A stretch of 64,000 bases of DNA from Dysgonamonadaceae bacterium (GTDB lineage: Bacteria > Bacteroidota > Bacteroidia > Bacteroidales > Azobacteroidaceae). A program made the translations under genes and the position numbers. Position 1 is the stretch's first letter; every line of letters begins with the position of its first letter. The DNA is taken from NCBI GenBank assembly GCA_031267615.1, contig JAIRYM010000019.1, forward strand, positions 5,430 to 69,429, read 5' to 3'. The notes below the pieces were generated by a model. That model did no database searches. It was not told where the DNA came from and saw only the letters and a list, made by a program, of their open reading frames with translations. This document shows positions 10,146-20,794 of the stretch, one piece after another.

Positions 10146-12803
10146 CTATTTCAGTTTGCTAATTTGTTGTTCCGCTTCTGTATTCAGTTTGTCAGCTTGT
10201 TTTTGAGCCTCCTCTTTCAACTTCCTGGCACTTGCCTCCGCAGCCTTAACCACTGCAATTTTTGCGAGTGGATTGGAAGTTTTGTTTGCTTCGTCGATTA
10301 GCTTTTGTCCTTGTTTTTCGGCTTCGGCAACAAGTTTGTCGCCTGCTTTCTTTGCTTCAGTACGGAGGTTTTCGCTCTGTTTTTCTATTTCGTCGCTGAC
10401 TTTGACTGTAATCTGTTCGGTAGCGCTACCTTCGCCTCCGAGGATTTTTCCTGCAACATTACCGATAATTTCATTAGCGGCGTCTTTCGTATCAACACTG
10501 AATTTAGGCTCGGTAAAAGTGCCGCCGATTTTGACTGATACATTGTTCAGATAATTATTCGACAGTTTGCCGGCAAGATTTACTTTTGCAATATAGTCGA
10601 TAGTGCGGTCGATGCCTGTTGATCCTTGCAGATTCATTTTTCCTTCGCCAAAATTGAGATCGAAAGGTTTTGTTGTTATACGTCCGTCAGTAACGGCAAA
10701 AGGCAATTTCAAATCTTTTATCTTCAAATCTTTAAGCGATTCATTTTTAAGTATAGAAGCAAGTCCTGTCAGGATTGGATTATTGGAAATCTGAACATTA
10801 TTTGATGAAAGTAAACCGTTTGCTGTTAATGCGCTCAGAACAGGCGAGAAATCCCCGCCAAGAGGCGATTTAAGTTGCAGATTCACAGAAAAATTACCAA
10901 TCAGATTTTCAAAAATCGGTGCAATTTTCTGAATAGTAACGAAAGTAGAAAATGTTTCGGTAAACGAAACATCTTGCACGTCGAGGTCAAGCGAAACTTC
11001 CGGTTGTTTCTGATTTTTGCCTGTATCGTAATATCCGTTCACAGCAAGTTTTCCGCCGAGAGTTTGCATTGTCAGGTTTTTCATTTCTGCTTTTCCATCG
11101 TGAATGGCGATTTGTCCGGCAACGTTCTGCATATTCATATTGCTGAAGACGAGTTGCTTAAAATTTCCGTTCAGCATGAAATCAATATTTTTAGGAATTT
11201 CAATTACGCCAAAAGATGTTGAATCGGAAGTTGCTGAATTTTCGGTGCTTTCTGTCATAAAATAGTTGAGATTCAGATAGCTGGAATTTACATTCAGTTT
11301 GCCTTTTAAGGTTTCATTTATCAAAACATAAGATAGCAGATTTTCAAGTTTTCCTGTAGTTTCCAAATCGTTCTTTCCTGTTTGAAACGAAAAAGCATTT
11401 AAATCGACATATTGTGGAGAGAAAGAGAGGTTTGCGCGATGAATTTGCATATCTTCACCGTCTTTTTGTTTAATCAACATATCGCTAATATTCAGCGTTC
11501 CTGCTGCATCTATCTTATCATACTGTTTTTTTTCGATAGCAGACATACGGGCAGACAGTTTCAGGTTAGCGTCGAGAGCGCCGTTCAAATCCATATCTTC
11601 CAATGGGTAAGCCTTTTTAATATCATTCAGATTCAGTTTGCCAACAGCAGAAAATCGAAAATAGGGGTCGCTGACAGGATGACTTAAATGAAGATTCAAA
11701 TCAAAAGGATTGCCGACAAGCACAAAATGCAACTTTGAAACGTCAAGAATTGTATTGTCCGCACAGTTACCTTCATTGTAAGCACGAATATCAGCAGCTA
11801 TTCCAGTAACAGGTTCCGGCAGACCACTGTACTGAAAACTTGCTCGCTCAACAATCAGGCGGGCATCGAATGACGGTATCGAATTTTCAGTCATCAAACC
11901 TTTTGCTGATGCGGCAAGAGAAACGTCGCCGCTTGCTTTGAGCGACTTGAAATCGCTCGCATAAACGGCAGGAATGAGAGAAAGTATGTCTTTAAACTGT
12001 ATTTTTTTGGTGTTGATGTGAATATCCATATCCGTGCCTGCATCAGATAAAACCGCCCAGCCTTCGAGGCTACCCTCGATTGAGTTCAGGCGTATGAAAT
12101 TTTCTGCAAGAGTAAATTTCATATTATTTAAATCGGCTTCCACAGTGCTTTTTACGGCAACTTTCATATTGGCGATGTATGGAATGTTATCCATTTCAAA
12201 TCGCATCGCTTCGGAAATAAGATTAAGTTTGAGCAGGGTTGTTTCTGCTGTCAAGTTACCCGAAAAAATAAGATTCAAATCGTTCAAAGCAAAATATATA
12301 GCCGAAGAATCATTATCAAAAATGAGGTCAGAACTGTTTATTGCGACATTCTTGAGCAACAATTTGAAATCGCTCGAAGAATTAGTTTCTATAGTTTCTG
12401 TTTCCGAAGGTTTTACGATACCCCAGTTTGCTTTCCCGTTTTCAAGAATGTGAGCATAAAGCTTCATTTTGTTGGCGGAAAGTTTGGTTATCTCGTAACC
12501 CGAACTTCCGAAAAGGCTTTTCAGATTGACAGTAGCGGAAATGCTTGTTGCAGAAAGAAGAGTATCCGATTCAAACTCGTCTGTTCCTGCTATGGACAGA
12601 TAGTTGAGCGAAAGACTTGCATTTGGAAAACTGCTAAAAAAATTCAGACCAAAACTGTCAAAATCCACTTTTGCATTTAGATTTTTGTTGATTCCCGCTT
12701 TCACAATTTCCTCAATTTTGCCTTTGAAAGCAAACGGAAGTATAAGCAGTAGCGCTAATATGCCAATTAAGGTAAAACCTGTTATTTTCAATATCTTTTT
12801 CAT
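10146..12803 (-). CDS. AsmA family protein
   Basis: N-terminal TM anchor (LLILPFAFKGKI), long beta-rich body, helical C-terminal tail typical of Bacteroidales AsmA-like proteins. Confidence 0.8.
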   Translation of the reverse strand: MKKILKITGFTLIGILALLLILPFAFKGKIEEIVKAGINKNLNAKVDFDSFGLNFFSSFPNASLSLNYLSIAGTDEFESDTLLSATSISATVNLKSLFGSSGYEITKLSANKMKLYAHILENGKANWGIVKPSETETIETNSSSDFKLLLKNVAINSSDLIFDNDSSAIYFALNDLNLIFSGNLTAETTLLKLNLISEAMRFEMDNIPYIANMKVAVKSTVEADLNNMKFTLAENFIRLNSIEGSLEGWAVLSDAGTDMDIHINTKKIQFKDILSLIPAVYASDFKSLKASGDVSLAASAKGLMTENSIPSFDARLIVERASFQYSGLPEPVTGIAADIRAYNEGNCADNTILDVSKLHFVLVGNPFDLNLHLSHPVSDPYFRFSAVGKLNLNDIKKAYPLEDMDLNGALDANLKLSARMSAIEKKQYDKIDAAGTLNISDMLIKQKDGEDMQIHRANLSFSPQYVDLNAFSFQTGKNDLETTGKLENLLSYVLINETLKGKLNVNSSYLNLNYFMTESTENSATSDSTSFGVIEIPKNIDFMLNGNFKQLVFSNMNMQNVAGQIAIHDGKAEMKNLTMQTLGGKLAVNGYYDTGKNQKQPEVSLDLDVQDVSFTETFSTFVTIQKIAPIFENLIGNFSVNLQLKSPLGGDFSPVLSALTANGLLSSNNVQISNNPILTGLASILKNESLKDLKIKDLKLPFAVTDGRITTKPFDLNFGEGKMNLQGSTGIDRTIDYIAKVNLAGKLSNNYLNNVSVKIGGTFTEPKFSVDTKDAANEIIGNVAGKILGGEGSATEQITVKVSDEIEKQSENLRTEAKKAGDKLVAEAEKQGQKLIDEANKTSNPLAKIAVVKAAEASARKLKEEAQKQADKLNTEAEQQISKLK

Positions 12804-12809
12804 AACTTT

Positions 12810-13895
12810 TTAATTGATAATTTTTTCGTAAACTGCAGCAGTTTGTTCGGCGATTCTGTCCCAGTTAAATTTTTCTGTCGAGTAGTGCCGTTCATACACT
12901 TCGCTAGATAGAACTTTTCGTAATTTTTGCGCCATAGATTTTTCGTCATTAACTTGAAAATAACATTCAGAAGGCAATCCGAGATTTTTGTTTGCAGGAA
13001 TATTGCTTGCAATAATAGGCAGATTATATCCCATCGACTCAAGTAAAGTCATCGGCAATCCTTCGTGAGAAGACGGCAGTACGAAAAGTCTTGCATGTGT
13101 TAGCAGCATTTGCAGCCTTTCGCCTTTAATAAATCCTGTCAAAATAACACCATTTTCTTTCGCCTGCTGTTTTAGTTCTCTTGAATAGTCGTCTTCAAAG
13201 TCTGCGTCGCCTGCAAGCACCAATTTATAATCTTTTGAAAAATTATCGGCAAAAACATTTATCAACTGATGAAAATTCTTTTCAGGAACGAATCGTCCCA
13301 TCGCAAAAATATATTTTTTTGGTTCAACTCCCAAGTCGTTCATATATGAAGTATCATTTGTAAAATTTGGGACAGGAATACCGTTGTAAATCACAACAGA
13401 TTTTGTACAATTATATTGTTGCTTTACAAATTTGTCTATGACGTCTGATGTAGAAATAACAGTATCCGCATAACGACAAGCCATTCGTTCTCCAAGTTTC
13501 AAAAACGCTTTTGCTATTTTATTCCATTTATCTCTGTCATAGTCAAATCCGTGATGAGTAACGACAACTTTCATTCCGAGCATCTTTGCGAAAGGCGTTA
13601 AAAGTGCAGGTCCGATAGCCTGAATACTGACAATATCCGCTTTCAGACGTTTTGCTATACATATCGCTTTGAATGTATGAATGATAGTTTCCAGACTTTT
13701 ACTGTCAGGCGCATCAATATCAATCAGGTGAATACCTTTGTATTCGTCAAGTTTGGAAGGAACATATTTCTTTCGGCGGATTACTGTTACATCATAATCC
13801 AGAGCGGCGATGCGCGTAAAAAGTTCTTCACAAATAGTTTCTATTCCTCCAAGTATATTGGGAATACCGCGTGTTCCTGTAACTACTATCTTCAT
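12810..13895 (-). CDS. glycosyltransferase family 4
   Basis: MKIVVTGTRGIP..GG.E, GRFVPEK, PSSHEGLP..LLES; start taken at 13895. Confidence 0.9.
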   Translation of the reverse strand: MKIVVTGTRGIPNILGGIETICEELFTRIAALDYDVTVIRRKKYVPSKLDEYKGIHLIDIDAPDSKSLETIIHTFKAICIAKRLKADIVSIQAIGPALLTPFAKMLGMKVVVTHHGFDYDRDKWNKIAKAFLKLGERMACRYADTVISTSDVIDKFVKQQYNCTKSVVIYNGIPVPNFTNDTSYMNDLGVEPKKYIFAMGRFVPEKNFHQLINVFADNFSKDYKLVLAGDADFEDDYSRELKQQAKENGVILTGFIKGERLQMLLTHARLFVLPSSHEGLPMTLLESMGYNLPIIASNIPANKNLGLPSECYFQVNDEKSMAQKLRKVLSSEVYERHYSTEKFNWDRIAEQTAAVYEKIIN

Positions 13896-13902
13896 CGTAT
13901 GT

Positions 13903-14796
13903 TTATATTTTTGTTGCGCATATCCAAACATCTAAAAAATCCATTTGATTTATATCGCCTTGAAATTGCTTGTCCAAAGATTTTTGAGAAAACATACAGG
14001 CATTTTTATCCAAAATAGTCGCCGGTTGTATGACAATATTTTCCCAACCTGATTTTTCCAAATATTCCTTGTATAAATACGGTCTTACTCTGTTTGGCGA
14101 ACTTTGTGTTCCAAGTAATTTATATAGCCAATCAGAATATCTGTAAATGTTATTCGGGTCTTTTTCTCTAATCCATCGCGAATGAGTTTGCAAATCAACA
14201 AGTGCGATAAACACAGAGCCTGAATGTGTTATCCCGTCAAGTTTTTTTATCGTTTGACGTACATCGTTGAAATGCTCAAATGCAGCGTTGCTTAATACTA
14301 TGTCTATCTTGTTTTCTCCAACTGCTTTGACAATATCAAAGTCTTGATGACAAGTATAATTAAGACGATGACTGCTACAGTTTCGGGTTTTGTTTAATTC
14401 TTCTGTCAGTGCAGTTGTATCAATCTTTTTGTGATTTTTCAGATAATCAAAAAAAGCGTCATAAAATACTGCCGACGTTTTGGATTCTAATTCATAAATA
14501 TCAGCGGCAAAATATTTTTCCGCCGCTTTTGACAGTAAATACAAACCTGCGCCAAGATCAGAGCCTGGTCCAAGTTCCAAAACATTTTTATCTTTGAGGC
14601 TATCGCTGGAAGTATATGCTTTCAACTGATTCAGCCAACTTTCAACTACAGTAATATCGTATTCAATACTTCGTTGAGTTTCTTCCGCGGAAAACTGTTT
14701 CGGAGAATAGCCTGACAGATGATGTTTTATTTTTGCAATCAGCAAAAAAATTGTTCCAAGGCAATAATATAAAGAGTTAATCATCAATTGCTTCAT
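13903..14796 (-). CDS. class I SAM-dependent methyltransferase
   Basis: VLELGPG motif I; DIVLSNAAFEH. Confidence 0.8.
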   Translation of the reverse strand: MKQLMINSLYYCLGTIFLLIAKIKHHLSGYSPKQFSAEETQRSIEYDITVVESWLNQLKAYTSSDSLKDKNVLELGPGSDLGAGLYLLSKAAEKYFAADIYELESKTSAVFYDAFFDYLKNHKKIDTTALTEELNKTRNCSSHRLNYTCHQDFDIVKAVGENKIDIVLSNAAFEHFNDVRQTIKKLDGITHSGSVFIALVDLQTHSRWIREKDPNNIYRYSDWLYKLLGTQSSPNRVRPYLYKEYLEKSGWENIVIQPATILDKNACMFSQKSLDKQFQGDINQMDFLDVWICATKI

Positions 14797-15962
14797 TGTT
14801 CATATATTTTTAGTATTTCACAATAATATTTCTCTGCCGAAAATCTTTCCATTGCATTTTTGGCAATATGCTCATAATCAAAGTTTCGTGAAAACATTTT
14901 TTCGATTTTATCTTTCAAATCTTCCACATTGCCCGATTCAAACAGCAGCCCATTTTGTTTTTTTTCAACTAATTCGGGGATTCCACCAATATTCGCACCA
15001 ACTACAGGTATTCCTATACAAAGCGATTCAATTACTGCCAAAGGATTATTTTCATAACATTCTGAAGGCATTACAGTAAATCTAGCCTGTCCAACTATCC
15101 GCCGTATTTCTTCCCATGGTTTATAACCAAGAAATTCAATATTGTTTATAGAGGTATAATTCAATACATTCTCACCTCTGCCAATAATTTTTAATTTATA
15201 AGGCAATTGTCTTGCTGCTTCTATCAGTGTTCTAATGCCTTTTTCACGCGACAACCGCCCAACGTAGCAATAATAATCACTGTGTTGTTTGGCAATTTCG
15301 TCTTGTTGAAAGATAATAAAATTATTCAAAACGGTTATTTTATTTTTGTTCAAGCCGTTGGCAATCATATTTTCTGCCATAAAGCGACTTGGTGTAATAA
15401 ATTCATCTGTGTAGGATTGCAGCTTGCCAATGTTCCATTTGACAGATTCTAAATATGCCAGAACACTCGCAGGTAAAGAATGTTTCAGGCAACGATTGCG
15501 AACTGCCTGTGTCTTATCTTTGACACAGCGATTGCAAGGCGTTGCATCATTCAGCATACAGTCGTAACGTGGACAGATGATTTTATAGTCGTGTAATGTC
15601 CACACAACTTTAATTCCTCTCTGGTGCGCAATCTTCGCGATTATTGGCGACAACTGCGAATGTATATTGCCCAAATGAACAACGTCCGGCTGAAAATCGT
15701 TGAGCAGCGCAGTAAAATTTTTTCGCACTTCACTACAGCCCAAAGGACGACAAAGTACTGTCCAATAATTATTTGCGTAAGAATTGAAATCAACTTCTTT
15801 AGGAAAATATTTTTGATATGGCGATGGAAGGTTCTCTGTATGTTGCATAGTAAAAATGGCAACCGTATGTCCTTGATTTTTCAACAAGGTTTCCAGATTC
15901 AAAGTATAAACTTCAGCGCCACCTCTACGGTAATAGAATTTATTTGCAAGTAAAATCTTCAT
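14793..15962 (-). CDS. glycosyltransferase family 4
   Basis: NKFYYRRGGAE, TLHDY..ICP, GRLSREKG, YENNPLAVIES. Confidence 0.9.
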   Translation of the reverse strand: MKILLANKFYYRRGGAEVYTLNLETLLKNQGHTVAIFTMQHTENLPSPYQKYFPKEVDFNSYANNYWTVLCRPLGCSEVRKNFTALLNDFQPDVVHLGNIHSQLSPIIAKIAHQRGIKVVWTLHDYKIICPRYDCMLNDATPCNRCVKDKTQAVRNRCLKHSLPASVLAYLESVKWNIGKLQSYTDEFITPSRFMAENMIANGLNKNKITVLNNFIIFQQDEIAKQHSDYYCYVGRLSREKGIRTLIEAARQLPYKLKIIGRGENVLNYTSINNIEFLGYKPWEEIRRIVGQARFTVMPSECYENNPLAVIESLCIGIPVVGANIGGIPELVEKKQNGLLFESGNVEDLKDKIEKMFSRNFDYEHIAKNAMERFSAEKYYCEILKIYEQ

Positions 15963-16084
15963 TTAAGATAACATCAATGACAATTTTCGGCCACAAAGGT
16001 ACGTCTATTTTTGTTAATATAAAAATTTTTTTGTAATTTTGTCATTCCTAAAGGAGAAATTTTAACCGTGTTATACTAAAAAAT

Positions 16085-17026
16085 ATGTCAAAAATAACAG
16101 TAATCGGTGCCGGAAATGTAGGCGCCACTTGTGCTAATGTGCTGGCTTTTAATAAGGTAGCCGACGAAGTAGTAATGCTTGACGTCAAGGAAGGTGTTGC
16201 AGAAGGTAAAGCAATGGATATGTTGCAAACCGTCCAAACTTTGGGATTTGAAACTAAAATTACAGGCGTAACTAACGACTATTCAGCCACAGCAAATTCT
16301 GATGTTTACATCGTAACTTCGGGTATTCCACGCAAACCTGGAATGACGCGCGAAGAACTGATTGGCACTAATGCTAAGATTGTCAAAAGCGTAGTTGAGA
16401 GTTGCCTCAAAAACTCACCAGACGCTGTATTCATCATTATTTCCAATCCGATGGATACAATGACTTATCTAACGTTGAACGCTACAGAGTTGCCTAAAAA
16501 TCGCGTAATTGGGATGGGTGGTGCACTCGACAGTTCGAGATTCAAATATTATTTGAGTCAGGCTTTGAAATCTAATCCTGTACAGGTGGAAGGTGTTGTC
16601 ATCGGCGGACACGGCGACACGACAATGATTCCTCTTAAACGTTTGGCAACTTGTAATGGTGTTCCTGTTTCTTTGTTGCTTGACGCCGTAACGCTTGATA
16701 AAATAGTTGCCGACACAATGGTTGGAGGCGCAACGCTTACAGGTTTGCTCGGTACTTCTGCGTGGTACGCGCCCGGAGCAGCAGGAGCCTACGTAGCATC
16801 GGCAGTCTTGAATGACTACAAACGTCTAATTCCTAGTTGCGTATATCTCGACGGTGAGTACGGGCAGAAAGACATCTGCATTGGCGTTCCTGCTGTGATT
16901 GGACGTAAAGGCGTTGAGAAAATTGTCGATTTCAAGTTAAATGACGAAGAAAAGGTACTGTTTGAAAAGAGTGCAAATGCTGTAAGAATAACTAACAACG
17001 TATTAAAAGAAATAGGTGCTTTATAA
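16085..17026 (+). CDS. mdh: malate dehydrogenase
   Basis: GAGNVG, RKPGMTREEL, SNPMD, LDSSR, GGHGD. Confidence 0.96.
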   Translation: MSKITVIGAGNVGATCANVLAFNKVADEVVMLDVKEGVAEGKAMDMLQTVQTLGFETKITGVTNDYSATANSDVYIVTSGIPRKPGMTREELIGTNAKIVKSVVESCLKNSPDAVFIIISNPMDTMTYLTLNATELPKNRVIGMGGALDSSRFKYYLSQALKSNPVQVEGVVIGGHGDTTMIPLKRLATCNGVPVSLLLDAVTLDKIVADTMVGGATLTGLLGTSAWYAPGAAGAYVASAVLNDYKRLIPSCVYLDGEYGQKDICIGVPAVIGRKGVEKIVDFKLNDEEKVLFEKSANAVRITNNVLKEIGAL

Positions 17027-17686
17027 TTGATTTTGACATTGTTTGATATAATAACAAGCGGGATTCTCATTGGAGTGCTTGTGTCAGCCCCTATGGGTCC
17101 TGTTGGTTTGTTCTGTATTCAACGAGCATTGAATAAAGGGCAATGGCACGGTTTCTTTTCAGGGGTCGGTGCTATGATTTCAGATTTGCTTTATGCAGGA
17201 ATTACTTGTCTTGGTATGGGTTTTGTAATTGATTATGTAAAAAATCACGAAACAACGTTGCTTGTAGTTGGCAGTATAATGATGATGGGATTTGGAATAT
17301 ATATTTTTCATAGCAACCCTGCGAAAAATGTACAGAAGCCCAAAGTCAAAGGCAACTCATTTTATACAGACATTATTTCTTCATTTTTTATCACGTTGGC
17401 TAATCCGTTGATTATCTTTGTTTATCTGATTCTTTTCGCTCGTTATAATTTTATAAGCATCGAACATGGTAAATGGTTTTCCATTATGCTTGGGCTTGGC
17501 GGTATCGCTATAGGAGCGTTGTCGTGGTGGTTTGTGATTACTTTTATTGCAGGCAAATTTCGCAGAGCATTCAAGGCGCAAGGTTTGATTATAATAAACA
17601 GAATAGTAGGCTCAGTGATTATTTGCCTGTCCATCTGGGGACTAGTATATGGGATTATTTCCGCAATGTTAAGGATAACGCCATAA
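17027..17686 (+). CDS. LysE family translocator
   Basis: SAPMGPVG..CIQR, TLANP; multiple TM helices. Confidence 0.85.
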   Translation: MILTLFDIITSGILIGVLVSAPMGPVGLFCIQRALNKGQWHGFFSGVGAMISDLLYAGITCLGMGFVIDYVKNHETTLLVVGSIMMMGFGIYIFHSNPAKNVQKPKVKGNSFYTDIISSFFITLANPLIIFVYLILFARYNFISIEHGKWFSIMLGLGGIAIGALSWWFVITFIAGKFRRAFKAQGLIIINRIVGSVIICLSIWGLVYGIISAMLRITP

Positions 17687-17719
17687 AAAATCTTAAATAT
17701 AATATTTTGAATTAAGATT

Positions 17720-20197
17720 ATGTCTTACTATGTTTCCGAAATATCCCAAATCATTGGTGCAAAGTGCAGCGGACAATCAAATGCACCGATACAGATTTTG
17801 TTAACAGACAGCCGCTCTCTGTCTAATGCCGCAGTCAGCCTATTTTTTGCACTTAAAACAGAACAAAATGATGGACATCGCTACATTCATGAACTCTACC
17901 GTCAAGGTGTACGTACGTTTGTTATACAGCACGAATTTGACGGAATGAATGAACTGACTGACGCTTGTTTGCTTAGTGTTGATGATACGTTAGCTGCCCT
18001 GCAAATGCTTGCTGCACATCATCGCCAACAGTTCAATATCCCTGTCATCGGCATTACAGGCAGCAATGGCAAAACTATCGTCAAAGAGTGGCTCTATCAG
18101 CTGCTTAACCCGTACTTGAATATTGTCCGCTCTCCTCGCTCATACAACTCGCAAACAGGTGTGCCGCTCTCTATTTGGCAGATGAATCCACAAAATGAAC
18201 TAGCCATATTTGAGGCAGGCATCTCACAACCAAATGAAATGCAACGTATTGGACCTGTTATTAGTCCAACTGTAGGCATATTTACTACACTCGGCGAAGC
18301 ACATCAGGAAAATTTCATCTCACATGAAGAAAAGTGTTTGGAAAAATTACAACTGTTTGTTAATTCAGAAACTATCATTTATAATGAGGATAATCAATTA
18401 GTTAAATATTGTCTGAAAGAAAAAGGATTGCTTGATAAAACTTTTGCATGGTCGAGAATCAATCCCAATGCCGATTTGTTTGTTAAAAATGTAGAGAAAG
18501 AAATTGACAAAACTAAAATATCTGTAGAAGTGCAAAAATTTGAATTTTTACAGACAATAATGATTTCGTTTACTGACGATGCATCTATTGAAGACGCGAT
18601 TCATTGTCTCTCCTTGCTTATCGTTCTGTCAAAAAATAATTTTAAATTTTCGACTTTCGATTTTAAATTTGATAAACTTGAAACTGTTGCTATGCGCCTT
18701 GATGTCAGTAAAGGAATGAATCGCAACATGCTGATAAATGATACTTACAATTCTGATATCAATTCATTGTCTATTGCGCTTGATTTTATGGCGCGGCGCT
18801 CAACTGACGGCAAATTGAAAAGAGTGCTGATTCTGTCAGATATTTTGCAGTCGGGAATGGTGCCGGCCGCATTTTACCGTAAAGTTGCCGAACTTGTCAG
18901 ACATAAACAGGTTGAGCAGTTCATTGGTATCGGACCTTGCCTGATGTCACACTCCAATTTGTTTTCGATGGAGAAAGAATTTTTTCCGACAACCGAAAAT
19001 TTTCTTGATTCTGGCAGGTGGCGTGCTTTGAAAGACTCTATTATTCTTATCAAAGGCTCGCGTCAATCGAGGTTTGAACGCATTACGGAACAGTTGGAAG
19101 AAAAAGCGCATCAAACCGTTTTAGAAGTTGATTTAGACGCAGTTATACATAATTTCAAATATTTTCGCTCGCTACTGCACAGCAAAACGAAAATAGTATG
19201 TATGGTTAAGGCCTTCGGCTATGGTGTAGGCTCTTACGAACTCGCTAAAACTTTACAGGAACGCGGCGCCGACTACCTTGCCGTAGCGATTGCTGACGAG
19301 GGTGCAGAACTTCGCCGTGAAGGCGTTACTATGCCTATAATGGTAATGAATCCTGAAGAACACGCTTTCAATACACTGTTTGAATATCGGCTTGAACCTG
19401 AAATATACAATTTTTCAATGCTGGATGCTATTATCCACGAAACAAGCAGACGAGGCATTATGCATTATCCCATTCACGTAAAGTTAGATACAGGTATGAG
19501 CCGTATGGGATTTGGCACGGAAGAAATATCGCGACTTACAGAATGTTTGGATAACGAAGGCGTTACTGTAAAATCCGTTTTTTCTCATCTTGCAGGCAGT
19601 GACTCGCCATTACTTGACGATTTCACTCACGAACAAATTCATCGTTTTACAAAAGAATCTGCAATAATAGAGCAATCACTTAGTTATCATTTTATTAAAC
19701 ATATACTCAATTCATCAGGGATAGAACGTTTTCCTGAAGCGCAGTTCGATATGGTGAGGCTTGGTATCGGGCTTTATGGCATTTCGGCTGTCAACAACAG
19801 CGTACTACGCCCTGTCGCTTCACTCAAAACGCGCATACTGCAAATTCGCGAAGTGAAGACAACTGAAACCGTCGGCTACAATCGTAACGGCATACTAAAA
19901 CGCATTTCGAGAATAGCTTGCCTACCAATAGGTTACGCTGATGGATTGGATAGAAGACTTAGCAATGGACGCGGCTCGGTAGTTATAAATGGACAGAAAT
20001 GCTCTTTAATTGGCAATATCTGTATGGATATTTGTATGGCAGACGTGACCGATTGCGATGCTCACGAAGGCGATACAGCAGTTATTTTCGGCGACGTCAT
20101 CACTGTTAACGACATAGCAGCGCAATTGCAAACAATTCCATACGAAATACTTACATCAATTTCGCCAAGAATAAAAAGAGTCTATTATAAAGAATAA
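17720..20197 (+). CDS. murF-alr: bifunctional MurF / alanine racemase
   Basis: ITGSNGKT and NDTYN (MurF), then MVKAFGYG, KLDTGMSR and GYADG (Alr). Confidence 0.95.
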   Translation: MSYYVSEISQIIGAKCSGQSNAPIQILLTDSRSLSNAAVSLFFALKTEQNDGHRYIHELYRQGVRTFVIQHEFDGMNELTDACLLSVDDTLAALQMLAAHHRQQFNIPVIGITGSNGKTIVKEWLYQLLNPYLNIVRSPRSYNSQTGVPLSIWQMNPQNELAIFEAGISQPNEMQRIGPVISPTVGIFTTLGEAHQENFISHEEKCLEKLQLFVNSETIIYNEDNQLVKYCLKEKGLLDKTFAWSRINPNADLFVKNVEKEIDKTKISVEVQKFEFLQTIMISFTDDASIEDAIHCLSLLIVLSKNNFKFSTFDFKFDKLETVAMRLDVSKGMNRNMLINDTYNSDINSLSIALDFMARRSTDGKLKRVLILSDILQSGMVPAAFYRKVAELVRHKQVEQFIGIGPCLMSHSNLFSMEKEFFPTTENFLDSGRWRALKDSIILIKGSRQSRFERITEQLEEKAHQTVLEVDLDAVIHNFKYFRSLLHSKTKIVCMVKAFGYGVGSYELAKTLQERGADYLAVAIADEGAELRREGVTMPIMVMNPEEHAFNTLFEYRLEPEIYNFSMLDAIIHETSRRGIMHYPIHVKLDTGMSRMGFGTEEISRLTECLDNEGVTVKSVFSHLAGSDSPLLDDFTHEQIHRFTKESAIIEQSLSYHFIKHILNSSGIERFPEAQFDMVRLGIGLYGISAVNNSVLRPVASLKTRILQIREVKTTETVGYNRNGILKRISRIACLPIGYADGLDRRLSNGRGSVVINGQKCSLIGNICMDICMADVTDCDAHEGDTAVIFGDVITVNDIAAQLQTIPYEILTSISPRIKRVYYKE

Positions 20198-20217
20198 ATC
20201 TGTAATTAATATAAATT

Positions 20218-20619
20218 ATGGGCAAAAAAATTTTTGAAACAGAGTTTAAAGTACGTGATTACGAATGTGATATACAAGGGATTGTAAATAATGCTAATTA
20301 TATGCATTACACAGAAATAACCCGCCATGAATTTCTTGAATCCATTGGCATTTCGTTCTTGAAATGTCATTTAGCAGGTATCGACCCTGTGGTGGCTCGC
20401 GCCGATTTACGATACAAAACATCTCTGACATGTGGCGACAGTTTCCTTTCTTCACTTACAGTTGAACAGAAAGGACCTAAAATAATTTTTCATCAAACAA
20501 TTCGCCGAAAAAGCGACGGTGCAGTCTGCTGTATAGCGACTGTTGAAGTGGCAACACTGGTCAATGGCAAACTGTCGCGTGGTGAATATTTTGAAGAAAA
20601 ACTTTGGGATTGGTTGTAG
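20218..20619 (+). CDS. acyl-CoA thioesterase (YbgC/4HBT family)
   Basis: VRDYECDIQGIVNNANY hotdog-fold motif. Confidence 0.88.
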   Translation: MGKKIFETEFKVRDYECDIQGIVNNANYMHYTEITRHEFLESIGISFLKCHLAGIDPVVARADLRYKTSLTCGDSFLSSLTVEQKGPKIIFHQTIRRKSDGAVCCIATVEVATLVNGKLSRGEYFEEKLWDWL

Positions 20620-20794
20620 TGCGTTAGTATCATCCATCAGCAATATTGTGTCTAAGATGAACATTTTGACAGTTATTATTAAATTTATTTTTTTAACGTT
20701 TAATTGTTGTATATGTAAATAAAAATTCTTTACTTTGCATTTTCAAAAATAGTTCACTTCTGTTTACGGAAGGGAATAATTAACATAAAATGGT

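Noticed and set aside
18636-18676. 7-bp-period run (TTTTAAA TTTTCGA CTTTCGA TTTTAAA) inside murF-alr
   Set aside because: Possibly a repeat-element scar, but too short and degenerate to support without an alignment
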